The position numbers and the translations under genes are program-made. A stretch of DNA of 56,009 nt, taken from assembly GCA_964654155.1 (NCBI GenBank), contig CAZZGL010000003.1, positions 1 to 56,009 on the forward strand. Direction: 5' to 3'. The notes beneath the pieces were generated by a model. It was given only the letters and a program-made list of their open reading frames with translations, made no database searches and was not told the DNA's origin. Each line of letters opens with the position of its first letter. Position 1 is the first letter of the stretch. Shown here one piece after another: positions 36,532 to 44,674 of this stretch. The stretch comes from an uncultured Staphylococcaceae bacterium. Its GTDB lineage: Bacteria > Bacillota_I > Bacilli_A > RFN20 > CAG-826.

Positions 36532-36984
36532 TTATTTTTTAATTTTAGTTATATCGATTGTTTTTCGATACATTTTTGAACGTATCTCAACAGGATCACC
36601 GCCAAGTTCCACTAATTTCTTCTCTAACTCTTCTATATAAATTAAAGAATCTAATGCAGAACCCGTATCTCTTTTAGTTCCTAGAGCCCGTTCAACACGA
36701 TTTTTTTGGAAAGATAATTCAGTCTCAATTTCAATTCTTGTGTCTTCTAATTCTTTTACTTTATTTTCTAAAGTACTTATTTTTTCTTTTAAAACACTAA
36801 TCGAATTTTCTTTTAATGAAAGCTGTTCCTTAAGTAAACTAAGTTCACTAACAAGTTTATCTATTTGTTGATAATCATCTATTATTTCATCAAGAACTTG
36901 ATCAACTTCTAATGGTTCATAGCCTTTTTCAACACCACTAAACTCAATTTTAGCAATTTCTTTAGCATTATACTTAAGTCCCAT
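36532..36984 (-). CDS. gpsB: DivIVA-domain protein, GpsB-like
   Basis: N-terminal AKEIAKIEFSGVEKGYEPLEVDQVLDEIIDDY is a DivIVA/GpsB lipid-binding-domain pattern, followed by a coiled coil. It is adjacent to rnpB. Confidence 0.55.
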   Translation of the reverse strand: MGLKYNAKEIAKIEFSGVEKGYEPLEVDQVLDEIIDDYQQIDKLVSELSLLKEQLSLKENSISVLKEKISTLENKVKELEDTRIEIETELSFQKNRVERALGTKRDTGSALDSLIYIEELEKKLVELGGDPVEIRSKMYRKTIDITKIKK

Positions 36985-37038
36985 GTTTTTTCTCCTTCCA
37001 TTGTTTTAATTATAGACTAATTTATATTTATAAGCAAG

Positions 37039-37076
37039 AAAAAAGGGCGATAACAAATACGTTATCAAGCCCTTTA
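37039..37076 (-). terminator. Rho-independent terminator of the 37088-38638 lipoprotein gene
   Basis: Minus strand reads AAGGGCTTGATAAC-GTATTT-GTTATCGCCCTT followed by TTTTTCTT. Confidence 0.75.
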
Positions 37077-37087
37077 AATGATATTAA

Positions 37088-38638
37088 TTATGCAATTGTA
37101 ATTGACTTTGCATAAGCAGCAAAGGAATCAACATTCTTAATTGAAAGTAATCCAGTTTGTGCTGTTTCTAAGCTGATGGTATATGTGTACTCATAAATTG
37201 TGTATGTGCCACTTTTGAATGTTGTGTCAGTTCTATTTGCGTTCACATCACTTGTACTTGGGCCTTCTAATGCCACTCCATTAATAGAAATTTCAAATAA
37301 TGTATCTTTCCAATCATATGAAGACCATACAACAAGAGTTACAGATTTAATCGTTCCATTATAAGTAATATAACCCTCACTCGCTTTAAATTGAATAAAT
37401 GTTTCATTATTGTATCGAATATTATTTCCAATTAAAACATTTGATGTTGTGATTGTAATATCATCAAAAGTATGATCACCATTATATGATGAATATCCTG
37501 AACCTGTTGTATCATTTTTTTCAATTTTATCAGGAGTAATGGTAAAACCTGTAACTGGATCTGGTGTTGGATCAGCAGCGGTAATTGTAATCTTACCTGT
37601 TTCATAATTGAAGCTAATATTATAAGTTCCAGATACTTTAGTAACGATATTACCATTATTTTGTCCATCGCCATTTTGTCCTTCTTCAAATGCGCCTTCT
37701 GGTGCACTTTCAATTGCGGAGTAGCCCCATGAAGCTTTCCAATCTTCATCTGCTCTTAATTTCCAAGTGAAGCCTTCTTCTAATGTAGCATTTTCGATTG
37801 TCCATGTTACTTTATCTTCAGAGGTTAAGTAATATGTATCTGCCCAATCATTACCTGTGCCTCCAATAACAGAAACTTTATTAATACCTTTAGCATCTAA
37901 ATTTTCTAAAATTGTTAATACGATTTCGCCATTTGGACTATAATCGCTTTCCATTGTGTAAGTTACTTTAAGCTTAGCGTTAAATAAGACACCAATATTT
38001 TTACTATCTTGTTCTGTAATAGCGTCTGATTTATTTATTTCATTACCATCTGCACCAATAACTTTGGATACAAGATCAAATCCATAATCATCAACCCAAC
38101 CATCTGACACTAAACCATCTGTAGATTTAATAAGTCTAAATTTTTCATCCTTATAAATTGCATTAATTGTATACTCATAAACATTCTTTTCATTCTCTGT
38201 ATCTGAGTTGTGAGTAAGTGTACGATCCGCTGGTACTTCAGCACCTGCGCCACCATCCCAATCTCCGTCTTCAAATGAACCTACAATGTAGAAGACATCT
38301 GTTGAAGCAGCAAAATTTTGTTTGTACCAAGCATAAAGGTCATAATCTTCATTGATTGGTGTGTCGAAACTAAATTTTGTTTCATCATTACGAACACTAC
38401 GACTGGTGTACCATCCTACGAATGTGTAATCAGTTTTTGCATCTGGGACATATTCTGGACATTTTTCGCCCGCTTTAACTGTTTCGGTTTTTAATTTTTC
38501 ATTACCATTATAGAATGTAACAGTATATGTTTCATTACTACCTTCGCCATTGCCACCATTGCCGCCACAGCCAACAAGGATGCCAGCACTTAGCATTAAA
38601 CCCAATGTACATGCTAAGATTTTTTTACTATTTTTCAT
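37088..38638 (-). CDS. Surface lipoprotein: Listeria-Bacteroides (Flg_new) repeat plus two beta-sandwich modules plus a C-terminal domain of unknown function
   Basis: Lipobox MLSAGILVGCGG. YTVTFYNGNE...YTFVGWYTS...DYDLYAWY is a Flg_new-type repeat. Two modules end in W-rich motifs (DGWVDDYGF; WKLRADEDWKASWGY). Confidence 0.55.
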   Translation of the reverse strand: MKNSKKILACTLGLMLSAGILVGCGGNGGNGEGSNETYTVTFYNGNEKLKTETVKAGEKCPEYVPDAKTDYTFVGWYTSRSVRNDETKFSFDTPINEDYDLYAWYKQNFAASTDVFYIVGSFEDGDWDGGAGAEVPADRTLTHNSDTENEKNVYEYTINAIYKDEKFRLIKSTDGLVSDGWVDDYGFDLVSKVIGADGNEINKSDAITEQDSKNIGVLFNAKLKVTYTMESDYSPNGEIVLTILENLDAKGINKVSVIGGTGNDWADTYYLTSEDKVTWTIENATLEEGFTWKLRADEDWKASWGYSAIESAPEGAFEEGQNGDGQNNGNIVTKVSGTYNISFNYETGKITITAADPTPDPVTGFTITPDKIEKNDTTGSGYSSYNGDHTFDDITITTSNVLIGNNIRYNNETFIQFKASEGYITYNGTIKSVTLVVWSSYDWKDTLFEISINGVALEGPSTSDVNANRTDTTFKSGTYTIYEYTYTISLETAQTGLLSIKNVDSFAAYAKSITIA

Positions 38639-38679
38639 GATATTGTTTTCCTCCTTGTGAAATAATAGCTTATGTCTAT

Positions 38680-38708
38680 ATTCTAATATCCGTTAAAAAT
38701 AATGTCAA
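38680..38708 (-). promoter_or_regulatory. Sigma-A promoter for the lipoprotein gene
   Basis: Minus strand reads TTGACA (38703-38708), 17 nt spacer, TAGAAT (38680-38685), about 40 nt upstream of the ATG and its AAGGAGG SD. Confidence 0.55.
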
Positions 38709-38845
38709 TTAAATTAATAAAAATCAAATATCAAATAAAAAATGCTTTTTTCTAAAGAAAAAAAGTTATGCTTACGCCATATTTTCATCATAGTCATAAA
38801 CATAGCATTTAATTTAAAAAATACTCTTATTACAACAAACTAATT

Positions 38846-39502
38846 CTATTGACATTTAACAATATCAATTATCTCTTTTGTACTTGAAACTATATAATCA
38901 GCGTTATTTTCTTTTAAATCATTAAAAGTTCTAAAGCCCCATAAAACGCCTATTTTCTTTACTCCTCCATTATTAGCGGTTTTCATATCTACATCAGAAT
39001 CACCAACAAACAAACATTTATCTTTTGATGTATCTAAACATTTAATCAATTCAAATAAAGATGTCGGATCGGGTTTAATAGGCACTCCTTCCCTTTGTCC
39101 TAGGATAACATCAAACTTATCTAAACCAAAATAATGATCTACCACTCGTAAAGTATCTTGATGTGGTTTATTTGAAAGTAACCCTATCTTAATGCCCATT
39201 CTCTTTAATTCTACAAGCATATCTATTATTCCTTCATAAGGATGAGTTTTAATAGATTGTCTAACTTCATATTCTTTCATGTAAGTTTTTCTAATTTCTT
39301 CAAAAGCTTCACTTGTATATAACTGATTACCTAAAGCTCTTTCAACCATTATCTTAACGCCACTTCCAACAAACGCTTTTGTCTCTTCACTTGTATACGT
39401 TTTATATCCTTCATTACTAAGCGCAATATTCAATGAATCACAAATATCATCAATTGTATTTAATAATGTTCCATCTAAATCAAATATTATTGCGTTAATC
39501 AT
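38846..39502 (-). CDS. HAD-superfamily phosphatase (phosphoglycolate phosphatase-like)
   Basis: IIFDLDGTLLNT motif I, LLSNK motif II, VGDSDVDM motif IV, 218 aa. Confidence 0.75.
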   Translation of the reverse strand: MINAIIFDLDGTLLNTIDDICDSLNIALSNEGYKTYTSEETKAFVGSGVKIMVERALGNQLYTSEAFEEIRKTYMKEYEVRQSIKTHPYEGIIDMLVELKRMGIKIGLLSNKPHQDTLRVVDHYFGLDKFDVILGQREGVPIKPDPTSLFELIKCLDTSKDKCLFVGDSDVDMKTANNGGVKKIGVLWGFRTFNDLKENNADYIVSSTKEIIDIVKCQ

Positions 39503-39595
39503 CTCAAAATCACCTCAACTTTCATAAGTTAACATAAAAAAAGCGGTCATTTCAACAAAATTCAATCAAAATTACAAAATATAAGCTTTTTACTC

Positions 39596-39624
39596 TTTAC
39601 TTTTATCTAAAACTCCGATAAAAT
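39596..39624 (+). promoter_or_regulatory. Putative sigma-A promoter of tRNA-His
   Basis: TTTACT, 17 nt spacer, TAAAAT. The -10 element ends 15 nt before the tRNA 5' end. Confidence 0.5.
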
Positions 39625-39639
39625 ATTTTCGCTGTTGAT

Positions 39640-39716
39640 GGCGACATTGGTGAAGTGGTTAACACATCTGGCTGTGAACCAGACACTCGTCAGTTCGATT
39701 CTGATATGTCGCCCCA
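39640..39716 (+). tRNA. tRNA-His (anticodon GUG) with genomically encoded G-1 and CCA
   Basis: GGCGACATTGGTGAAGTGGTTAACACATCTGGCTGTGAACCAGACACTCGTCAGTTCGATTCTGATATGTCGCCCCA. Anticodon loop is CTGTGAA. The extra 5' G opposite the discriminator C is the His identity feature. Confidence 0.9.
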
Positions 39717-39728
39717 TTTTGTTAGTTT

Positions 39729-39753
39729 AGTCCGATTCTATCGGGCTTTTTTT
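39729..39753 (+). terminator. Rho-independent terminator of tRNA-His
   Basis: AGTCCGAT-TCT-ATCGGGCT followed by T7. Confidence 0.75.
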
Positions 39754-40101
39754 ATACCTTGCTATTTCAAATGATACAATTTTGATACATAAGGTAAACG
39801 GTGTAAGCGTCAAAAATCTCCAGAATAGACAAAGAAGTTCGAATCTTAAATAATTAATCCAGGAGGTTCGAATATGGAATGTAATAAATATTTAGAAGAA
39901 TTTAAAAAAGTAAAGCAATATCTAAATTAAAAAATGAAAAAAATACATATTATAAATTATAAAAAATGCGATTTTCGCCTAAAACGGAATTTAATTATCT
40001 AATTGAGCTAAATATACTTATTAGCTTTTTCATAATAAAAGTTATCTCTTTTCGACTTTTTTTCTATTTCCTTAAATGATAAAATTTAAACGGTGATAAT
40101 A

Positions 40102-40524
40102 ATGAACATATTTAATTTTTTAACTCCAAAAAATAAAACTCAATACTTACAATACAATTCAACAATCAGACAAGCTTTAGAAAAAATAGATTATTATAAA
40201 TTTACAACTATTCCTTTAATCGATACAGAAGGCAAGTTTATAACTACCTTATCTGAAGGAGATATACTGCGTTACATAAAAAGCGATTGCAATTTTAATA
40301 TCGCAAAGGCGGAATCTCAAACGATTGATAAAATTGAAAAATATCGTCCTTATCAAGCTTTGACAATCAATACATCAATTGAAACAATCATTAGATTATC
40401 GCTTCAACAAAACTTCATTCCTATTGTTGATGATCGAGGAATATTTATTGGAATAATAAAGCGCAAAGTTATCATCGATTACCTTTATGAAAATAACCAT
40501 ATCATCAATAAAAAAGATAATTAA
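40102..40524 (+). CDS. CBS-domain pair protein
   Basis: ~140 aa with two CBS-like halves (IPLIDTEGKFITTLSEGDILRY; IPIVDDRGIFIGIIKRKVIIDY). The ATG at 40102 lies 5 nt after GGTGA. Confidence 0.65.
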   Translation: MNIFNFLTPKNKTQYLQYNSTIRQALEKIDYYKFTTIPLIDTEGKFITTLSEGDILRYIKSDCNFNIAKAESQTIDKIEKYRPYQALTINTSIETIIRLSLQQNFIPIVDDRGIFIGIIKRKVIIDYLYENNHIINKKDN

Positions 40525-40535
40525 GAGGGAATTTT

Positions 40536-41231
40536 ATGAAAAACATTTATATTGTATGTCATATGGTTGTTTCTATTGATAGCAAAGTGACCGGAAACTT
40601 TCTAAATAACAACCACATAAATGAATCATTAAATTATTATTATAAAATACATCGGGACTATAATTTTGATGCTTTTGCTTGTGGAAGAATTACCATGGAA
40701 GATAGTTTTACCAAAGGCTATACACCTGATTTATCAAAATATGTTGATTCCAATATTAATTACGATGATTATATTGCTGTTCATACATCTAAAAAATATG
40801 CAATTGCATTTGATAGAAAAGGTAGATTAGGTTGGAAAGATGGCACTATATACGATGAAGATGAAGGATATAATGATCGTCATATAATTGAAGTTCTTAC
40901 AAAACAAGCTAGTCTTCCTTACTTAGCCTATTTAAGAACCATCAGCGTATCATATATCATTGCAGGAGAAAATGATTTAAATCTTAAACTGGCTTTACAT
41001 AAGCTTCATTCGTTATTTAATATAAATACAATTTTATTAGAGGGCGGAAGCATTATAAACGGAGCATTTATGGAAGACAATTTAATTGATGAATTAAGTC
41101 TAGTTATTGCTCCAATATGTGGAGAAACTACTGATAAACCTTTATTTTATAAAAGCTTTGAAACATGCTATAATCTAACCAATATAAAAAAATTAGGAGA
41201 CAATACAATCCACTTAATATATAAGAAGTAA
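40536..41231 (+). CDS. RibD C-terminal domain / dihydrofolate-reductase-like family protein
   Basis: MVVSIDSKVTG...ILLEGGSIINGAFMEDNLIDELSLVIAPICGE pattern, 231 aa. Confidence 0.65.
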   Translation: MKNIYIVCHMVVSIDSKVTGNFLNNNHINESLNYYYKIHRDYNFDAFACGRITMEDSFTKGYTPDLSKYVDSNINYDDYIAVHTSKKYAIAFDRKGRLGWKDGTIYDEDEGYNDRHIIEVLTKQASLPYLAYLRTISVSYIIAGENDLNLKLALHKLHSLFNINTILLEGGSIINGAFMEDNLIDELSLVIAPICGETTDKPLFYKSFETCYNLTNIKKLGDNTIHLIYKK

Positions 41232-41235
41232 ATAA

Positions 41236-41763
41236 TTATAAATTACCAATTATTTTTTTGGTTTCAATTAAAATTGGTAATTCTCTTCTTTTAACAAGTA
41301 AAGAAACACCATCAGATGGCATTAGCGTAAATAAATCAATTGCAGTTTCTATATCAACCCACATAACTTCTGTAATCATTATAGATTCATATGGTTCTAA
41401 ATGTTGATGAGCAATTCTATCCACTTCTAATAAGTAATAATTATTAATATTTCTTCTATTAATTGAATTATAAAAATCCTCAACAACTCCTAATTTAATA
41501 ACTATATGGCTAATAACTCCTATTTCTTCATGAATTTCCCTAATTACGCCTTGTTCTGGCGTTTCATTTTCATTTAATCCACCTCCAGGAAGTTCGTAAT
41601 AATCATATTTTCCAAATATATCATCTCTAATCACATGCAGAATCGCCACTTTTTTACTTTTATCTATAACTACACCACGAGAAATTAATCGAGTATGATT
41701 TATTTCTTGTTTTTCATATTGATCGTCTTCTAAATATATATTAATCATACAAAACTCCGTCAT
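41236..41763 (-). CDS. NUDIX hydrolase
   Basis: Nudix box GGGLNENETPEQGVIREIHEEIGV, 175 aa. Confidence 0.8.
   Translation of the reverse strand: MTEFCMINIYLEDDQYEKQEINHTRLISRGVVIDKSKKVAILHVIRDDIFGKYDYYELPGGGLNENETPEQGVIREIHEEIGVISHIVIKLGVVEDFYNSINRRNINNYYLLEVDRIAHQHLEPYESIMITEVMWVDIETAIDLFTLMPSDGVSLLVKRRELPILIETKKIIGNL
41241..41292 (+). terminator. Possible terminator for the + strand gene, embedded in the 3' end of the convergent NUDIX gene
   Basis: Perfect 11-bp inverted repeat AATTACCAATT (41241-41251) / AATTGGTAATT (41272-41282), followed by a T/C-rich tract. The stem is AT-rich. Confidence 0.3.
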
Positions 41764-41766
41764 TTT

Positions 41767-42537
41767 TTAATAATCTATATTAACTTCTAATTCGATTGGA
41801 CAATGGTCACTACCATAGATATCATTATGAATACGCGAATCAATTATTTTATTTTTTATATCATCACTAACAATAAAATAATCAATTCTCCAACCAGCAT
41901 TTCTTGCCCGAGCATTAAAGCGATAACTCCACCAGGAATATTTGATTTCTGTAGGATATAAATATCGATAAGTATCAATAAATCCACTACTTAAAAGAGT
42001 TGTCATTTTATTTCTTTCTTGGTCGGTAAATCCAGCATTAAAGTGATTTTCTTTTGGATTTTTAATATCTATTTCATTATGAGCAACATTTAAGTCGCCT
42101 CCATATATAACTGGTTTTTTTGCCTTTAAAGATATAAGATACTTTAACATATCTTCTTCAAATTCCATTCGATAATCCATTCTTTTTAATCCATCACCTG
42201 CGTTTGGAACATATGCGGCAACATAAAAGAAAGAAGAAAATTCTAAAGTAATCACTCTTCCCTCATCATCATATTTGCCATTTTCTAATCCATAGAATAC
42301 ATTCTCTGGTAATTTCTTTGTATATACCGCTACTCCAGAATAGCCTTTACGAATCTTAGAATTTGTCCAATATACAAAATATCCTTCTTTATTAAATGGA
42401 AAATCAAGATGTAGTTCTTCACTATATTTTGTTTCATTTATTGAAAAAATATCTGCGTTTAAAATATTAAAATATAATTCAAAATCTTTTTTTAAAATAG
42501 CTCTAATTCCATTAACATTAAATGATACACACTTCAT
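41767..42537 (-). CDS. xth: Exodeoxyribonuclease III (AP endonuclease)
   Basis: FNVNGIRA, INETK, GDLNVAHNEID, SDHCPI, 256 aa. Confidence 0.9.
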   Translation of the reverse strand: MKCVSFNVNGIRAILKKDFELYFNILNADIFSINETKYSEELHLDFPFNKEGYFVYWTNSKIRKGYSGVAVYTKKLPENVFYGLENGKYDDEGRVITLEFSSFFYVAAYVPNAGDGLKRMDYRMEFEEDMLKYLISLKAKKPVIYGGDLNVAHNEIDIKNPKENHFNAGFTDQERNKMTTLLSSGFIDTYRYLYPTEIKYSWWSYRFNARARNAGWRIDYFIVSDDIKNKIIDSRIHNDIYGSDHCPIELEVNIDY

Positions 42538-42541
42538 AATC

Positions 42542-43108
42542 CTATTCCTCTTTATTCATGAATGCTTTTATAAACTCAGTTGTCTTAGACCAATATTTGC
42601 TTCCCCAATTTTGATAACTCCATTCTTCCATGAAAGTATTACATTCATAATCAATGTAATATATTTTTTCATTATGTAAAATAAAATTTGTTGGATAATA
42701 ATCAATATTTAAGTTTTTTAAATATAAATTATTAGCGACGTCTTTTATTTGTTGATAATACTCTTCCTTCATTTGATTCAATATTATTATTTCATTAATT
42801 GTTTTTCCTTCAATATATTCTTTTAATATTCTTTCATTTTCATAATCGATATCATAAAGTTCTGGTAACAGAATATCACATTCAACAAGAGTCTTATAAG
42901 CATTAACTTCAGACTCTATCTTATTTCCAAAAGAATAATATGCACAAGGCTCATGATGAATTTGCTTAACTACATATTCATTTCCGTATTCATCTTCAAC
43001 AAGATATGAATATCCACCTTTGCCATGTCCTAATAATTTTATAATTTTAAACTGTTTTTGATTAACATTAATGTATTCCATAAATAAAATTGCCCTCATC
43101 AAAAGCAA
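42542..43108 (-). CDS. Minimal protein-kinase-like fold protein (RIO/Kdo-kinase-sized)
   Basis: Gly-rich loop LGHGKGGYSY, lysine in YVVKQI, hinge LKEYIEG, catalytic-loop-like NIDYYPTNFIL, metal-binding-like YIDYE. The start is uncertain (TTG 43108, ATG 43099 or ATG 43081). Confidence 0.5.
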   Translation of the reverse strand: MLLMRAILFMEYINVNQKQFKIIKLLGHGKGGYSYLVEDEYGNEYVVKQIHHEPCAYYSFGNKIESEVNAYKTLVECDILLPELYDIDYENERILKEYIEGKTINEIIILNQMKEEYYQQIKDVANNLYLKNLNIDYYPTNFILHNEKIYYIDYECNTFMEEWSYQNWGSKYWSKTTEFIKAFMNKEE

Positions 43109-43119
43109 TTATAACACAT

Positions 43120-44586
43120 TTATAAACCAAACATATAAGACAATAATGGAAGACCAACAAACATAATAATAATTGCAATCATGAAAATATAAAACATTAT
43201 TTGTAATTTAATAGAGTGATATATCATTAATCCTTGATTATTAAGCTTTTCTGCACGCTGATAAGCAATCGATAAATAAGTCATCATTAAAATTGTTATT
43301 AAGGTAAAAATATTATTCATTGTAATTAAAGAAAACATTCCCGCATCACTAATCAATGAAAGACCAACAATCATACTCGATATCGCACCAAATAATCCGG
43401 TTCCTAACATATCCATACTGTTCTTTTGATTAAATGCTTGATTATAAAAAGCAATACTTATCCATACTAGAACACTAAAAAGATTTATAAATGCCTGTAG
43501 AAACAATTGTATACCTGCACGATTTGCTCTCACAATAATTTCTAACTCCGTTTTAAGATTTAAACTTTCAGTCGCTGTTGGTTCATTACTAACATATTTA
43601 TAATAATGAATTTTTAATGAAAAATTTTTAATTTTATTGTTTTCATTAATTAATCTATATCCATCGGTTAATCCAAAATAAGGTGAAAAGCCACTTAATG
43701 ATTCACCATATGCATTAACATCTCTATTAGGAATATAACGAATATATTTACTATCCATAATAGGTAAAATATACATTTTAAATTGTACACTATCGAGAGG
43801 ATAACGAACGCTATTGAAATACTTTTCAAATTTTGCGGTAAACTTCACTTTTTGATAACAAATTATTCTATCACCCTCTTTTATTTCTTCTAATGATTTA
43901 ATCGTACCATAACTATCTGGAACAAATTCACCATTTCCTATTTCAAACATCGTTTCGTTATCCACTAAAACATTACTTGGAGCTTCACCAGGATAAAACC
44001 GATGATCATTTTCAATAATCCAATTATCATAAAATAAAGAATGTTCATCATGATACTTTTTATTACTAATAAACTCATTAAAAGTTATATCTCGTCCATC
44101 TTCTAACTCTTGTTCACTACATTCATCATAATAATCATTTAGAATTGAATCCCATAATACTTCTGAAGCATACTTTTTAAACATTTCTTGAAATTCATTT
44201 TTATCAAAATAAAAATACAATTGGATTCTTGCCTCATAGGTAGAAGTAGAACTACTAATCGATTTAATTCTTTCAATTACTGCGCCAACTTTAACATTAC
44301 AATAATATGGTTTTTCATCATTTATATCATATTTTTCTTTTGAGTCGTTTTCTAAAAAATCATGATATATAACTTGATTTGCATCATATTTATCATATAT
44401 TTCACTTTCATCGCTTCCTTTTATGTATTTATCAATTGTGTTAATTCTTTCACAAACAATTGTAAATGCACAATAAAAAATATATATAAAAAGAGGCACT
44501 ATTAATAATAAAAGCGTTAAAACAAGTCGCTTCTGCTTTGCTTTATCTAAAATTTTTATTTTTTTCTTAATATCATTTTTAATCAT
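43120..44586 (-). CDS. Pentameric ligand-gated ion channel (Cys-loop superfamily) homologue with an enlarged extracellular domain
   Basis: RYPLDSVQFKMYILP resembles GLIC RYPFDSQTLHIYLIV. NVKVGAVIERIKSI...YEARIQLYFYF resembles GLIC VNTGIYLIECYSL...FKVNAFLSLSW. It has a pre-M1 Arg, four C-terminal TM helices with a short M3-M4 loop, and an N-terminal signal anchor. Confidence 0.6.
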   Translation of the reverse strand: MIKNDIKKKIKILDKAKQKRLVLTLLLLIVPLFIYIFYCAFTIVCERINTIDKYIKGSDESEIYDKYDANQVIYHDFLENDSKEKYDINDEKPYYCNVKVGAVIERIKSISSSTSTYEARIQLYFYFDKNEFQEMFKKYASEVLWDSILNDYYDECSEQELEDGRDITFNEFISNKKYHDEHSLFYDNWIIENDHRFYPGEAPSNVLVDNETMFEIGNGEFVPDSYGTIKSLEEIKEGDRIICYQKVKFTAKFEKYFNSVRYPLDSVQFKMYILPIMDSKYIRYIPNRDVNAYGESLSGFSPYFGLTDGYRLINENNKIKNFSLKIHYYKYVSNEPTATESLNLKTELEIIVRANRAGIQLFLQAFINLFSVLVWISIAFYNQAFNQKNSMDMLGTGLFGAISSMIVGLSLISDAGMFSLITMNNIFTLITILMMTYLSIAYQRAEKLNNQGLMIYHSIKLQIMFYIFMIAIIIMFVGLPLLSYMFGL

Positions 44587-44636
44587 AAGCTAAAACATCC
44601 TCAATTATTATTTTGAGAACATTTACTTTTTATATG

Positions 44637-44659
44637 AAAAAATGGCGGTATCCCGCCAT
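44637..44659 (-). terminator. Rho-independent terminator of the metalloprotease gene
   Basis: Minus strand reads ATGGCGG-GATA-CCGCCAT followed by T6. Confidence 0.8.
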
Positions 44660-44674
44660 AAATAAGCAATATAA

